Source of the DNA: Octopus vulgaris
Lineage: Eukaryota
DNA length: 64,000 nt
Reading direction: 5' to 3'
NCBI GenBank assembly: GCA_951406725.2
Contig: OX597815.1
Coordinates: forward strand, 53,816,001-53,880,000
The notes below the pieces were generated by a model. It was not told where the DNA came from. It searched no databases and worked only from the letters and a program-made list of their open reading frames with translations. Below, in pieces: positions 24,547-38,476 of this stretch (the stretch's first letter is position 1; each line of letters begins with the position of its first letter). The translations under genes were made by a program, and so were the position numbers.

Positions 24547-24617
24547 CGGTTACTGATGAGGATTAGCCTAGCAAAGTATTTTATTTGCTAAAGGAATCTG
24601 AAACGTCGGTATAAACG
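24547..24617 (+). ncRNA. Type I hammerhead ribozyme motif
   Basis: CGGTTA-CTGATGA-GGATT..AGCAAA..TTTGCT..AATCT-GAAAC-GTCG-GTA-TAAACG. Stem I pairs 5/6, stem II is long and the cleavage triplet is GUA. Confidence 0.65.
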
Positions 24618-24835
24618 CAAAAGATAACAAGGTAAAAGTTTTTATTTTTCATTCCCTTCGGAAATTGCCCCTAAATGTGCTTCTTCTAGCGTGTAAAATT
24701 TACCTGTTAATAGTTTTCTCTTGTGTTTAAATGTACACTATTTTATATTGAGAATATGTTGTCCATTGACATTTTAAACATGCTAGGCCACTGGTGGTGA
24801 AATTTCTAAGAATATCCGCTACCCTATATATATCT

Positions 24836-24891
<56 letters not shown>

Positions 24892-24909
24892 TGTATGCAT
24901 GTATGTTTG

Positions 24910-24951
<42 letters not shown>

Positions 24952-26086
24952 TATATAACGTGAATGTATATACACTTAAACGGACAGAAGGTGTGAAATG
25001 CATATCGTCTAAATAATTGTCAAGCACGTGTGAAATATGTCAATGCAAACCCTTTATTTTTCTCTGTTCGAAAAAAAAACACAAAGCAAGACTTAAAACG
25101 TACTCGTTATAAACTGAAATCCAACTTTTCTAATACTTATCTTAGGTTTTTATACACAATGTTTATGCATGAAAATATTTTATCACACTGCCGAATTATG
25201 CACAACATCAAAATTAGTCCAGTTATTTCTGGCACTAGATTATGATTGATTTATTTACCAGTTGATGGACAAAAGGGTGGAAAGTATTTAATTTTTAAGG
25301 AAGGCCAACAGCCATAATACATGTTAAAGTGATCACCACTGTTTTCTTTGTGCTAAAAGAGGCGCAAGAAATATTAGCTTTTTACTTCCCACAGCGCAGT
25401 GCTACCAATGGTACTAAAGTAATCTTCGATCCCTTTTCCTTCAAATTAGACACGATTATTTTACAAGTGAGATAGTAAATCTGCTTATATTTATAGCTGC
25501 CACTGCTTCGAAATATAGTGTGAAATTGCATATTTATTGATAATGTAAAGAGAGGTTAACCATCATTTATCAAAACGCTGCATAGCAAAAATGCCCCCCT
25601 TCTTTTGTAGCTTAGTTGCTGTTTTGCAGCAATTACCACAACTATTAAATAAATATATCTTCTCAGTTAAATGCAATGCAGAATCATGGCGACTGGCGTT
25701 TTGTACAGAAATGTATTTCAACTGACCAGCAATAGGAAGATGGCGTTATTTGCATTTTTGGCAAACACATGTTGCTTTAGTTGTTGAAGACTTATATGCT
25801 TGTTTTACTTTATGTGCCTACAGTGTTAAGAAGATTAAAGTTAGAAACCCAAACTCGATTAGAAGCTGAGCGTTTGAAGATATTAATATACTAATATATT
25901 CCGTGCGTCTGGTTTTGATTTTATATACTTACTGCGATTCTCTTTAAAATAAATTTTACCTTCGTGTTTTTCTAGTCTTTATTTTTTTAGATCCGATTTG
26001 AGGCAGTAGTTGGATATCTAGTTCAGTGTACAATGGGATTTTACTATATGCTTGTATCAATATCTACATAAAATTATTCATTTATA

Positions 26087-26129
<43 letters not shown>

Positions 26130-26331
26130 TCATACATAATACAAACATACATATGTACAGATAAACACGTATATATATTTGCTTTCATTTATATACGTAT
26201 GTATTTATGTAAGCAATCTATTAGTATACTTAAACGTATGCACACATATTAAAGTTTATGTATATGCATGAGAGCGAGTATATTTCTTTGTGTGTGTATA
26301 CACATACGCACACACATACACACACACACAT

Positions 26332-26389
<58 letters not shown>

Positions 26390-27061
26390 CTAAATACTTA
26401 TGTTCGGTTTTGTATATAAATCTACAAAGGCTATAAATAAAGTCTATAAATTATTCTTCATTTTGTGTACTAAACCTAACATATCTACAATTTGTATTAT
26501 TATTTTAAGTGTTGCAAACACCAGTAAACCCTCTGTTTTTATGATTAATGAATAGTATGTTTGTCTGTTATATTATTTCTTCTGGAGTTTTTATAGCAGT
26601 TATTATTTGTTCTGTTTAGTCCAGTTATTATTTGTTTATGAAATATAAAACAAATGTATTGTTTAAAATTACGAGAAAAAAATAACTTAAGAGTCTACGC
26701 ATTGTTTGTCTGTTTTAAATATTGTCATGTTATTAGTTATAAAATGAAATACAAAAAAGAAAAGAAAAGGAAAACAGAAGATCCGCTGCTATACTGTGTT
26801 ACTTTTTTAACTTTCACATTAAACTTACTTTTTCTCTTGTTCGAGTCTTTTGAAGATTTGTCAATATTATTAATTTGAAACAATTTTTTTGTTCATTGCT
26901 TTTGCAATGTCTACGGTTTAGTGATTGATATTCGAAAAATTTTTAAATAGATTTTCGAACGAAGCACTTGTGATGTGCATATAAGAAAAATATTTTGTTA
27001 ATTACTTAGATAAGGAATGGCAGCACCTATGACTTTTGCAGGCCTTCTAAGTTTCATAATA

Positions 27062-27280
27062 TTGGTTTCAAATTTTAGCATAAGGTCAGCAATTTCGGTG
27101 GGGATAGAGTTAAGTCGATTGCATCGATCCCAGTGCTCGACTGGTTATTATTTTATCGACCCCGAAAGGATGAAAGATAAAGTCGACTTCGATGAAATTT
27201 GAACTCAGAATGTAAAGACGGACTATACACCGCTAAGCATTTTGCCCGGTGTACTAACGATTCTGCTGGTTCTCTGCCTT
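27062..27280 (-). mobile_element. tRNA-head SINE (30142 family)
   Basis: ttatcgaccccgaaaggatgaaagataaagtcgac...gaactcagaatgtaaagacg...gcattttgcccgg. Confidence 0.8.
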
Positions 27281-28868
27281 TAAGTTTTGTAATATTAGCT
27301 TGATTGAAATTGCGTTTGAATATCTGTAGTTGATAACACACAAAAAAGTAACTTCGGCGGAAAGAGAACTCAAGAGGAATACAGTTCTATGATGAAATAA
27401 TGAAGCAAAATCTTTAGTGAGTTTTTTGGGAAATGAAAAATATTAGAGTTCACCACAGAAGAAAATATGAACGCATTGGGTAGACATCGGTAAGCGGGGC
27501 GTGAATATGATTAATTTAAAATAGCAGTGGCTATTATTGTTAATGTGGAAGAAATAAGGTTTTCCTATGAGTTTTAACAATTAACTAGATTACTTCTTTG
27601 GGGTAGGTTTATATCTGTACCAACAGCATCATCCTATATATACATACAGTACTCTAAAATCGGTTTCAAGACTTCAAGAACTTTTGCCGTAGTAGCACTA
27701 GAGAATCTATAACGCAGATCCATGAGGCTACGACACAGTGGTAATAGCGAAAATTTTGCGAATTGTAAGTTTCTTTTGTGTATGATTTAGGGTGTTTCAG
27801 TATGTAGCAGTTACACTAACCCATATACGAGAGCAGAATGTCAATGTGTTTTGGGTCAGCAAATGTTCGAGGCTGAAGTGGTTTTAGGAATGTTATATAT
27901 GTGAAACCGAAGTGTTACTGGTAGTAGCGGCGGATTGCCTTCTTCGCTTGAATTGTTACGGAGAAGCCTTGACAGAATCACGCGGGCATTTTATATTTAA
28001 TATTGGTTAAGTAAGGGATGTGGAGAGATATGCTTAAAGATGTTTGCCTTTTAAATCCAATATGCTATGTATTTTGTAAGATTTTATACACAAAAGTGGT
28101 TTCCTGGATGCTGCTTTCCAGGTGGGCATGTAAATTAAATATGACTATAGTGGATTTGATAATGCAAACAGCTGTGAAGTCTAATGCACTGAGTTAGTTA
28201 ACCTGTCCAACAGCATAAACACAAGCTTTAGATTTAAACTGACGTCATTTAAATTGGCCGACAACTACTTATCTATTCTCTTCTACTAGTGAAGAAAGTA
28301 TTCAACGAGAGAATCTAAACGTTGAGGCTCAAACTACAAGAAATAGTAAGTAACTCATCGAACTCTTCTTCCCTCAGATCACATCTTACAATCATCAAAA
28401 ACAGGAAGATATGTCTGGAAAAAATAAAAGAACATAAATGTCTTTGAACGTCTTTGAACATAAACCTGCTCGGCCAGGGGTTAAAGAAAAGTAATGACAA
28501 CCACAATGACGACCATAACGAAAGACCAACATCTAATGGAAGAAATGACTGTCTGGATGGAGAGGGTGTGGTGAGGAATGAGAAGTAAATGATGGAAAGT
28601 AAAATGAGTTTTGAAACATGTGTGTGTATGTGTGTAAATGTTTGTATGCGTATATGTGTGTAAATGTGTGTATGTGTGTTCGTGCGAAAAAAGGAAGGAC
28701 AAATTAAAGAATGAGAACAAAAAATGGGGGAAAAGACATAGAATAATGAAAAGTGGAGAAAAGAGAATAGAAAGAAACGGAGAAGAAAATTGAGGAAATA
28801 CAAATCAAAGAAGGAAAAATATAAAAGGAGAGGAAGAAAATGAAAATATAAAACGAAGAGGAAGGAAA

Positions 28869-28907
<39 letters not shown>

Positions 28908-30141
28908 TGAATGGAGGATTTTCATAAAAAGATCAATAATAGATTGTTACAGAAAGAAAGCGAAATTACCGAGGGACATCATCCGCATGGAAAATTACAG
29001 TCTAGTTAGTACCATCATAAATAATTTTGCGAGAGAAACATCAATTACTTAATGATACTTTTGCAGTTAACAGAAGACGACATTGAACGCAATACATAAC
29101 GTAAGTAATATTTTTGTAAGAAAGGGTGATTACTTCGTTAATTGTCTTAAGCGCAGACATCTTTCAGTCTTATTAGACTTTATTAGCAAAGCATATCTTT
29201 CACTATATTAATGCACGAAAAGAGCAACATCTAATGGAAGAAAGAGTTGTGTAATATGTACAAATGGCATCGTAACGATAGAAAATAACTGAGGAAAAGC
29301 TACCCACAGCCGATATTCGCATGAAAAGTTGACAAGTTAGAGCCATTATAATTAATATAGTGAGGGACTAATACTTTTGCGTCCCATTAAGTTTTCACCT
29401 CTAACTTGACTTTCTAAACGGACTGATAAAATGTTAAATACAGACGCTTCCTCCATTTACAGCAGAAATTACTTTTTTCACACATTTTGCCGCTGATGAT
29501 AGAAACTGAGAGAACTTAGCCTGATTCATCTTTGATGGCATGAGAAGGTAAAATATATTGTCCCTCATCCTTACTAGAGTATAAATATAAAAATGAATTA
29601 TAATCTATAAATGTAGTCAGAGAAATTTCGAGAAGTATAGAAAGGTAATGTATTTTAGAAGGCGAAATAGATTAGAATAAAAATAGTACGTATAGTTTAT
29701 GAATCAACTGAAAGGTTATATATAAAGAAGAGAATACGTTAAATATATGAACTGGTTGACAGAAGTTTATAAAAGGAAGAAGAAATTTAAGAAGCTTATG
29801 TAAAGAACAATGTAAAAATAGTTTATAATTTATGGATCCATATTTAGAATGCTATCTAAAGGAGAATAGAAAGCGAAGAGTAAAGCTGTTTTTGATGACT
29901 GAATAAACTACCCGGTAAGCATAGAGATGTAATGTCGATAATGTTAGTCAAAAAGTGTCACTTTCTGCCTTCCATTATATGTAAAAAGAAACAAATATCA
30001 TCATAACAATATTCAAAAGCAGGTGTTCTGGGTTTATATATAACCTAAGTTGATACTTTAATTTTCATTTTTCGGAGGGCAATAAAAGAAAACATCGATA
30101 TTGAAGTCGATTTAGTGCGCTATCTCTCCCATGCGTATATA

Positions 30142-30370
30142 TTTCTTTACTACCCACAAGGGGCTAAACACAGAGGGGACAAACAAGGGCAGACAAACAG
30201 ATTAAGTCGATTAGATCGACCCCTGTGCGTAACTGGTACTTAATTTATCGACCCCGAAAGGATGAAAGGCAAAGTCGACCTCGGCGGAATTTGAACTCGG
30301 AACGTAACGACAGACCAAATACGGCTACGCATTTCACCTGGCGTGCTAACGTTTCTGCCAGCTCGCCGCC
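30142..30370 (-). mobile_element. Young tRNA-head SINE
   Basis: Minus strand GGCGGCGAGCTGGCAGAAACGTTAGC...GAGTTCAAATTCC (B box)...CTTTGCCTTTCATCCTTTCGGGGTCGATAAATTAAGTACCAG. About 95% identical by eye to 61888-62111. A 19-bp TSD-like pair lies at 30123-30141 and 30384-30402. Confidence 0.88.
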
Positions 30371-30429
30371 TTACGTATATACGTCTCTCCCATACGTATA
30401 TACGTCTATGATGGAACTCAACCTGTGAT

Positions 30430-31630
30430 CAAATAAAACTTTTTCTTTGATCCATTTCTCTCTAAGAAACATATTAGCTTTGGTCTCCTCATTCACAATG
30501 ACGGCTCACATGGCTCTTAAGGCCTTCAAGGGATTTACAAATTATTTCACATCAATCATAGGAGTAGCGGCCGAGCCATCTATATTTGATACCTGCAATG
30601 CCGAGTTATTTCTTCAGGATTTTAGGCAAGTATCACTGCGGAAATCGCCCATGAGGTTGAATATTCTTGAGGTAAGTTGCCCAAGATCCACATCCACATC
30701 CTTGATAGACTTTTACTTTCGGTGCGGCTTTGATGTCCGATTGTGACCAGAGACTCGATTCAACTTCCCAAATACACTACAGGCCTTAGAAAATTAGAAA
30801 CTGATCTCTTCTACCAAGGTAGAGAAACGTCTCTACTTTTAACTTTTTTACCCTTCACGTATATTGATGATGGGATATATGACTTGCCTAGTGCTGGTTG
30901 TAGCATAACTATGGTTTTCTACAGGTTTCTTGTATATCTAAGTTCATCACACGTGTCTGTAAAGCAGTTTATCAGGAGCTGCAGATTTTCCTCTGAGTGG
31001 ATTACGAGATAGCAATCATAATTGTAAAGGAAATTACGAATGAGAGCCATGAAAGATTTTGTCACAGCAGTAAGATGGACAGATGTTAAAAAGTTTTCTT
31101 CTTAACCGGTAACGGATGTTGATTTCAGCATTGTTGTACGCAAAGGCTAGCACTATATCAATAGCAAAAATGAGGAACAATGTAGGAGCCAACAGATCAC
31201 CATGTTTAATACCAGATTATACTGAGATGGGTTCCAATAGTTCACTGTTGACACAAACCGATGTTTTCATGTTGTCATGAAGAGATCAATCGAACTCCAT
31301 GAACACTTCCAGATACCCAGTGAAGGAGACACCAAAAAGTTGGCTTATGCTCAGTGACTGAGGCCTTAGTAAGATCGATAAAACATTGGTACACATCAAG
31401 TTGTTCTCTGCGCTTTTCTTGAATCTGTCGGGTTGTAAAGATTATATCAGAAGTACCTCAATTTGGCGGAAAGGCACATTGTGACTCAGGAAGAATATCT
31501 GGTGCAACATGGTCCAGCAACCGACTGAGAAGTATACTTGCAAAGATTTGGCTAATAACACACATGTTTTGGGGCGTTCTCCTTTTCTATACAAAGAAAC
31601 GAGAATGGCATCTCTTCCCTTTCGTAGGCC
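30430..31630 (-). mobile_element. Degraded RTE-clade LINE RT fragment
   Basis: Remnants ILPESQCAF, GTSDIIFTTRQIQEKRREQ, FIDLTKA and TGIKHGDLLAPTLFLIF. Confidence 0.75.
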
Positions 31631-31811
31631 ATTTCAGAGGTACATTGCAGGTCAGGGTTAGAGATTAAAGACTCCTTATGTGCAACGTCTCCATAATCAG
31701 GATGATGTACTCCTTGGTAGCTGCCATCATACTAATAATTTATTTGACTACCTAGGATTTGTATTTTTTCGCATTGGCTTTGTACGAGCAATCCGTAATT
31801 ACCCCATACTT

Positions 31812-31863
<52 letters not shown>

Positions 31864-32508
31864 CGCTTTTGGATTTGGTTTGCAAGAATCTTTATGTGAG
31901 TCCGTGTGTTGAAGCATATTTTGTTGTGTCACCGGTAAAGTTTACTTATTTTTTCTAAAATTTTCGTTGCGTGTTGCAACCTTTCATTGACTCTGTCCGT
32001 TCTCTGAGCTGCGTTCCTTTTGTTTGTGCGCATGTGTGTGGGTCAGTGTGTGCGCGCATAGACATGTATGTATGCATGTAAGTGTATGTATGCATGCATG
32101 TAGGAATGTGAATGCGCGTATGTATATATGTGTGTACGTTTGAATGTATGTATTCTGCATATTCATGTTTGTGTTTGTGTGTTTTGATGTGTGTGTGTGT
32201 ACCTCTGTCTCCTTGTGTGTATATGGTTGAGTATGTGTGTGTATGTATACGTAATACATATACGTATACAAACATACATACATCTACATAACAGCCTACT
32301 AACTATTCTACCTGCATATAAATAAAGTGTGGGTATGGGGGTATGATTACCTACTACGTATATTTCCTATTTACAACTGGGAATGTTTGGATAAAATGCA
32401 GATATCAAATTGACCTAGATTGCCTCCATGTTGATCCTTGGCGTGTTGGTAGAGTATGGAGGACTGTTCCTTGTCGTCATATTGTCTCAAATATTCATTT
32501 AGTCTTTC

Positions 32509-32543
<35 letters not shown>

Positions 32544-32556
32544 GTGAAAGAGAGAC

Positions 32557-35500
32557 TGCCATCCGTTAGTCCCGAAAGACTATGGATCTGCGCTTTCGAT
32601 TGGATTGGTGTTTCTGCTTCTGACTGACAAGGCCAATGCGTGAGTAACAGTCACGGTTGCAACGGTCGCAAATGTGGTTGGTCGGTCTTCCTGCGACTCT
32701 GTCTGTCCTTTGCAATCTGACGTATGTGATATTCTCCTCCCCTCAGAGTGGTACCCAGTGTCTACCTTCATCAGGAACGGTTTCGTACTCATAACTTTCG
32801 TGTTATGTTTGCATTCATCCTTGAAACGGAGATGTGGTCGTCCTCGAGTACGTCTGCCGGAGTCTAGCTCCCCATACATTATATCTTTCGGCAACCTCCC
32901 TTCAGGCATCCGGTACACATGTCTATGCAGCAGAAACGGCGTTGCCGAAGTAATGTGAAAGTAGTTAATAGCTGGGAACGGGTACCTTGGCGTTGGTGAT
33001 GCGGTCGTTCCACTTGACCCCGAGAATACTCCGAAGTTTGCGCAGGTGGAAGGCATCCAGGCGGAGTTCTTGTCTGGCGTAAAGGCGCCAGGTCTCACCG
33101 CCGTATAGCAAGGTACTGAGAACACATACTTTATAGACTGTGAATTTGGTGGATCTCGTCAGCTTGCTGTTTAACCACACTTTTTGAGTTAGTTTAGCGA
33201 AGGTCGATGCTGCTAACCCAATTCTACTGTTCAGCTCCTGGTCGAGTGTGAGGCCATCCGTAATTGTTGAGACAAGGTACGTAAACTCACGGACCACATC
33301 AAGTGAGTGGTTATCGATGGTAATGATGGGGGTATCTGAGAAGCCTTGGCCCATTACCTTGGTCTTCTGTAGGCTGATTGTTAAGCTGAATGCACAGCAC
33401 ACCCGGTTGAGATTGTCCATCATTGTTTGCAGCTGCATTTCTGAATGAGCTACTTGAGCTGCGTCGTCGGCAAACAGCATCTTCCGGACGTAAACCCTGC
33501 GGATTTTGATCTTCGCATTGAGCCTTGACAGATTGAATAGTTTACTGTCCGACCTTGTGTGGAGGCAAATGCCATCGTGTTGCGTACCAAATGCATACCT
33601 CAGCATGATAGGAAAGTAGATGTCGAACAGGAGCAAAGACGAATCCTTGTTTTACCTCATGTCGAACATCAAAGAGTTATGAGGTGTTTCCGTTGAATTG
33701 TACTGTGGCATTCATATACAAATGGAAAGACTCAAGGGTGCGGAGCAGTCGAGGAGGACTCCCAATCTTCTCAAGAACTTGGAATAACCCATTCCTACTT
33801 ACCGTGTCGAACGCCTTCGTCAAGTCAACGAATGCAATGTAGAGCGGCTAGTTCTGTTCCCTGCACCTCTCTTGTAACTGCCTAAGACAGAAAATCATAT
33901 CCATTGTAGATCGTCCGGATCTGAAACCATTGATGACTTCAGCTGGTATCTCATCTAGTCCAGGCGCTTTTCCAGTTGATAATGAGTCGAGTGCTTTCTC
34001 TAATTCCTCTACGGTTGTGGATATGTCCAATTCGTCAATGACCAGCAAACTTTCCAAGCTGTCGGGCGATGTTTTCGAAATGGAGCTATTCTGGGTGTAT
34101 AACTCGGAGTAATGCTCTACCCATCACTCCATTTGTTACAACTGGTCTGTGATGGTCTCTCCAGCTTTGGTTTTCAGTGGCGCTGTCTAGCATTGTGCCG
34201 GTCCTTTTGCTTTCTTTATCCCGTTGTACATCCTACGTATGTCCCCCATGTCAGCTGCTGGTTGGATGCATCCACACAGTTTCAGCCAGTATTCATTGGC
34301 ACAGCGACTAGCTATTCTTTGAGACTTGTTTCTGGCTGTCCGTGTGGTTTGGTGGGGTTTGCTGTGATTCTCGAGTAGAGCGCTCTTTGTGCTTGATTAG
34401 AGTTTCCCGTTTTTCTGCTAGAACGCTGGTCAATTCACTTGAGTTCGCTTCGAATCAATCGGGCGTTTTCCGTTCTTTCTTCCCGAATACACGAACGCCA
34501 ACGCTGTAGCGGTGGTCTATGAGGGTGTTCCATCGGTGCGAAACATCTCCTTCGGATGGGATAGCTGTGATAGACTGTTAGAGGGTTTTGCTGAATTCAG
34601 CGACTTTGATCGTTTCGTCTGCCTGGCGTCGACGCGTTGCCTACCAGAAGATCTGGCGTAATGAAGGATTTTGGAGAGGAGTTTGATCTTGCAGCAAACC
34701 AGTGAGTGGTCCGTATCCCAATCAGCACTCTGGAAGGAGCGGGTGATGAGCACGTTCTGCATATGACGATGCATGTGAGTAATAGGTCCAGTTGGTGCCA
34801 ATGTTTGGAACGTGGCTGCATCCACGATACTTTGTGCTGCTGGTTCAGCTGGAAATATTGTTACACACAATCCATGGAGTGTGCATAGTTCCAGCAAGCG
34901 TTGTCCATTTTCATTGGCTGCAGAACTCGTCTTTCAAGTCCTGGTTGGAGTGTAAGCTAGGTGCATAAGCACTGACCAAGGTGGCTGGTCTGTCGGAAGT
35001 GTGCAGTCGAAGACAGCATTCTCTTTGTTCCTTCATCATCGCGTTCCACCGTCTTCAGAAGTGAGTTTTTCAATGCAAAACCAATTCCATGTTCTCTAAC
35101 ATCCCCAATGCTTTTCCCTTGCCAGAAGAATGTATAATCCCGCTCGCGTAAAGTTCCTCTCTCCGACAGGCGCCTTTCCCGAAGTGCGGCGATGTCCACC
35201 TGGAGTCTCAGTAGTTCGTTATTGATGGTGGCTGTTTCGTGTGCGGTGTCAATTTCTTGATAGTCGTCGGAAAATCCTGGAAATAGAGTCCGAACATTCC
35301 AGTCACTTAGTTTAAGGGCTGGTTTCCTGTTTTTCGATTTTTCGTTTTTGTTTGGTGCGACGTTTGCAGTCCATATTTTAGATCATATGCATTCCTGAGC
35401 TGTACGCACCCTGTAGGGCAGACAAACTTGTGACGGGACAAGACTTATTTGGCTGGGACTGCCAAGTTTAATGCGGGCGATTGCTATCCAGTAAGACGGT

Positions 35501-35585
35501 GAGGTCTCTCCCACCGTCGAAAACAACCCCTGGTGCCTAGCTCTACGTCAATTGAGCAAAGACTATCACCGGTAACTGCGGTTCC
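32557..35585 (-). mobile_element. RTE (BovB-like) LINE, near full length, disrupted
   Basis: APE domain (WNVRTL, DIAALRE.RL, DYTFFWQGK, EHGIGFA) and RT (GFRSGRSTMDMIFCLRQLQERCREQN, LFADDAA, LLYGGETW, RLPKDIMYGEL..GRRTRGRPHLRFKD). The 3' end runs into (TC)n. Confidence 0.92.
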
Positions 35586-35589
35586 TAAG

Positions 35590-36115
35590 GTCGTCAAGTC
35601 AGAGTGTGGGGAGGGGATAATCTCCTACTACCTAAAAAACAATGCCCTTAAGGCGTGTGTTTCAAAGAGCCTCTGACAGCTAAGTCCAAATCCTGGCCTT
35701 CTCGTGTGGCCTATCACCTGGGCCCGGTAGAATTATTACTACTGACAGGAAAAGAGGCGAGTGCGAGTTACTGGCGCCCCAAAACCAGTGCTTCGAGTAG
35801 ATGGGACCCGTTAGCCCCAGAAGACAACCCGTCTAAGGGAAGGAAAACTCTGACTCCAAATTCCACTACCTTGTGGCAAAACATATCATGGGGAAGGCTT
35901 GGGGAGAAAACCCTGAGGAGAAATCCGGAGCTGGAGTCCCGAAGGTAATTTGAAGTTGTACTGGTCTCTGCTTTTCCCTTGGATACTATCGGTGATGTAG
36001 AGAGGAGGTACCTGTCGTATGGGCAACGGCAGGTCTTCCATACAATCTGCCCAGGCCTGCGCTCTGGAGAGGACTCTCCAGAATCGTGATTCACGATGGA
36101 ACAACACGGAAAACA
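35590..36115 (+). mobile_element. RTE 5'-UTR segment, inverted relative to the adjacent RTE body
   Basis: Contains ggaaggaaaactctga..aaaccctgaggagaaatccggagctggagtcc, recalled as RTE 5'-UTR motifs, plus an HDV-like ribozyme fold. Confidence 0.65.
35675..35750 (+). ncRNA. HDV-like ribozyme relic in the RTE 5' UTR
   Basis: P2 TCCTG/CAGGA, P3 GCC/GGC around L3 TTCTCGTGT, P4 GGTAG..CTACT and a J4/2-like CTGA. P1 is decayed. Confidence 0.5.
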
Positions 36116-36150
36116 ATATATATATACATATATAAATAGAGAGAGAGAGA

Positions 36151-36155
36151 GATAG

Positions 36156-36248
<93 letters not shown>
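36151..36248. repeat. (GATA)n microsatellite
   Basis: Seen directly. Confidence 0.95.
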
Positions 36249-36805
36249 TACATACATATATTTATTTAGTTACACGCGCATACACAGATACACACATACA
36301 CTCTGCCGAAAATGATGAGATCTCTCATGTGTTCACAAATTTGAAATAAACGCATTAATTCTAGATTAATACAATTATTTAATTATTTATGCAGCCATTC
36401 ACAATGCCATGAGATCTCTTTGAGAAAGTGACTCTGAGTAACACTTTTCACTAACGACCGCAACATAAGAATTCATTTCTTGGAAACATAATAGGATGTT
36501 TGTTATATCGAATCTCCTCCAACTTGGAAATATTTTCGGCAAATTTAAATTGTAAAAGATTTTGCTGTCCTGTTTTCAATTATTGATTTCTGCTTACTGA
36601 AGTTTCCATAAGGATGAAAACAAATTAGTCTGGTTATTTTGATGTATTCTTTGTTATAGAAAATTACATATGTTCTACTTCTTGTTATGCATCGTCTACA
36701 TTCTTACGCAGAATTATATATATGTGTGTGTATACGTATATGTATGTGTATATATATACATATATATATATATATACATATACATAAATATATATATATA
36801 TACAT

Positions 36806-37922
36806 CCCTCTCCTACCCACGCTGCCGCACTTGCCCCTACATCTCCAATACCGCTATCCTCACAGGCACCCATCATTGTCTCTACCATATCAGTGACTCC
36901 TTTACCTGCACTTTTAGCAACGTCATTTACTGCATCTCTTGTTTTTTCTGCCATTCTCTGTACATCGGTCAAGCGTGACGCCGCTTGGCTGACCGGTTTG
37001 CGGAGCACCTTCGGGACGTCAGACTCGCGCTATTTCCGCTCTACCGGTCATTCACTAGAACAGCTATCCATCCGAACTCCCGCCTTCGCCGTGAATAGGA
37101 ATTAATCTTCTCTCATCCCTTCTTTGCACAACTCACCTTCTCTCCTCTCTTCATCTGACACCCACTTCCTCTCTTCACTCCTACCCACCTTCTCCCTTCG
37201 TTGATATCCGCTTCCCTAAAAACCCCATCCCTATCCCTACATCTCCACCCATACCCACTCCTGTGCCGCGCTATAACCCCACATCCTCATATCACATGAC
37301 CCACGCCGCCAAACTACATCACACTACTCCACACACACTCCACACAAACTAGTACTGACAACTCGGTTCAAAGTCACCCTTGACCACAAGTGGCCTGAAC
37401 TCTTTACATGTACACCACCCTGTACATGTCCCCCTACATGGCCTTGCTTTTTGCTATTTGAGCCAAAAAATTAACTAACTTAACTAACTAACTAACTAAC
37501 TTCCCAGCACCCACACCGCACAGCATCTGCACACCCACACACCATCATCCACACACCCACACATTATAGACTGAGACACACACGTACACATCCACACGTC
37601 AAAGTCACTAACCCGTATGCACACACACTTTCTCACATACACACACGCATGCGCACCTTCGTTTTGGAATCACCATTACTTTATTATCTCCCCTTCTTTC
37701 TGCCTCTCCCGTCAAACCATTTTTCCCAACCAGTCGCCATGATTAATCGCTAAATCTACAAGTTCTTTTATTCTCTCTCCGTTTATTTTGTCTTATTCCA
37801 TTCTGTTGAAGAACGTAGGCTCGAAACGTTAAAGACTTTATCACTTTCCTGAGCATGAAACTAAAACACTTGCTTGTTGTTTATGCACCTGTCTTCGTCT
37901 TTTGTTTTTCTGTAAATTACAA

Positions 37923-37925
<3 letters not shown>
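36806..37925 (+). mobile_element. Penelope-like 3' fragment (GIY-YIG + 3' region carrying a hammerhead-like motif)
   Basis: PRCRTCPYISNT..FTCTFSNVIYCISC..LYIGQ..DRFAEHLRD, then a C-rich tail and a hammerhead-like motif at 37798-37835. Confidence 0.8.
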
Positions 37926-37992
<67 letters not shown>

Positions 37993-38413
37993 AAAAAAGG
38001 TGAGATAATTATTAGTTTACGAAATTTGGAGTTGAATTAGGAAGAAATTGTATTCGGTTATTTCGAATCTACATCTGTGCGCACATACATGTGTGTGTGT
38101 ATACATGTATCTGAATGTTTGTGTGCGTTTGTGGTAAATTTGCTGAGGTTATATCAGAGGAAGAAAAGAAAGAAAGAGAAAATGAAAAAAGAAAGGGAAC
38201 TTTTTCTGAGAGGGTTGATATTGCCTTGCATTCTTTGGTCAGATGTCATACTGCCCAGGTTGAAATTAATGGAAATTCAAGAAGTCAGTTTTATTTTAGT
38301 CGTTGTATTTTTTGTTTGTCAGCTGTCATGATATCCACCTGTAGTAAATAAACTCCATCAAAATTATTTTGGGCAGTTTTAAATGTTTGTGAGTGTAAGT
38401 GTTTGTCTAAGCG

Positions 38414-38476
<63 letters not shown>

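Noticed and set aside
27380-30000. Possible very old LINE remnants (also ~60900-61500)
   Set aside because: Motif traces too faint to assign boundaries or family.
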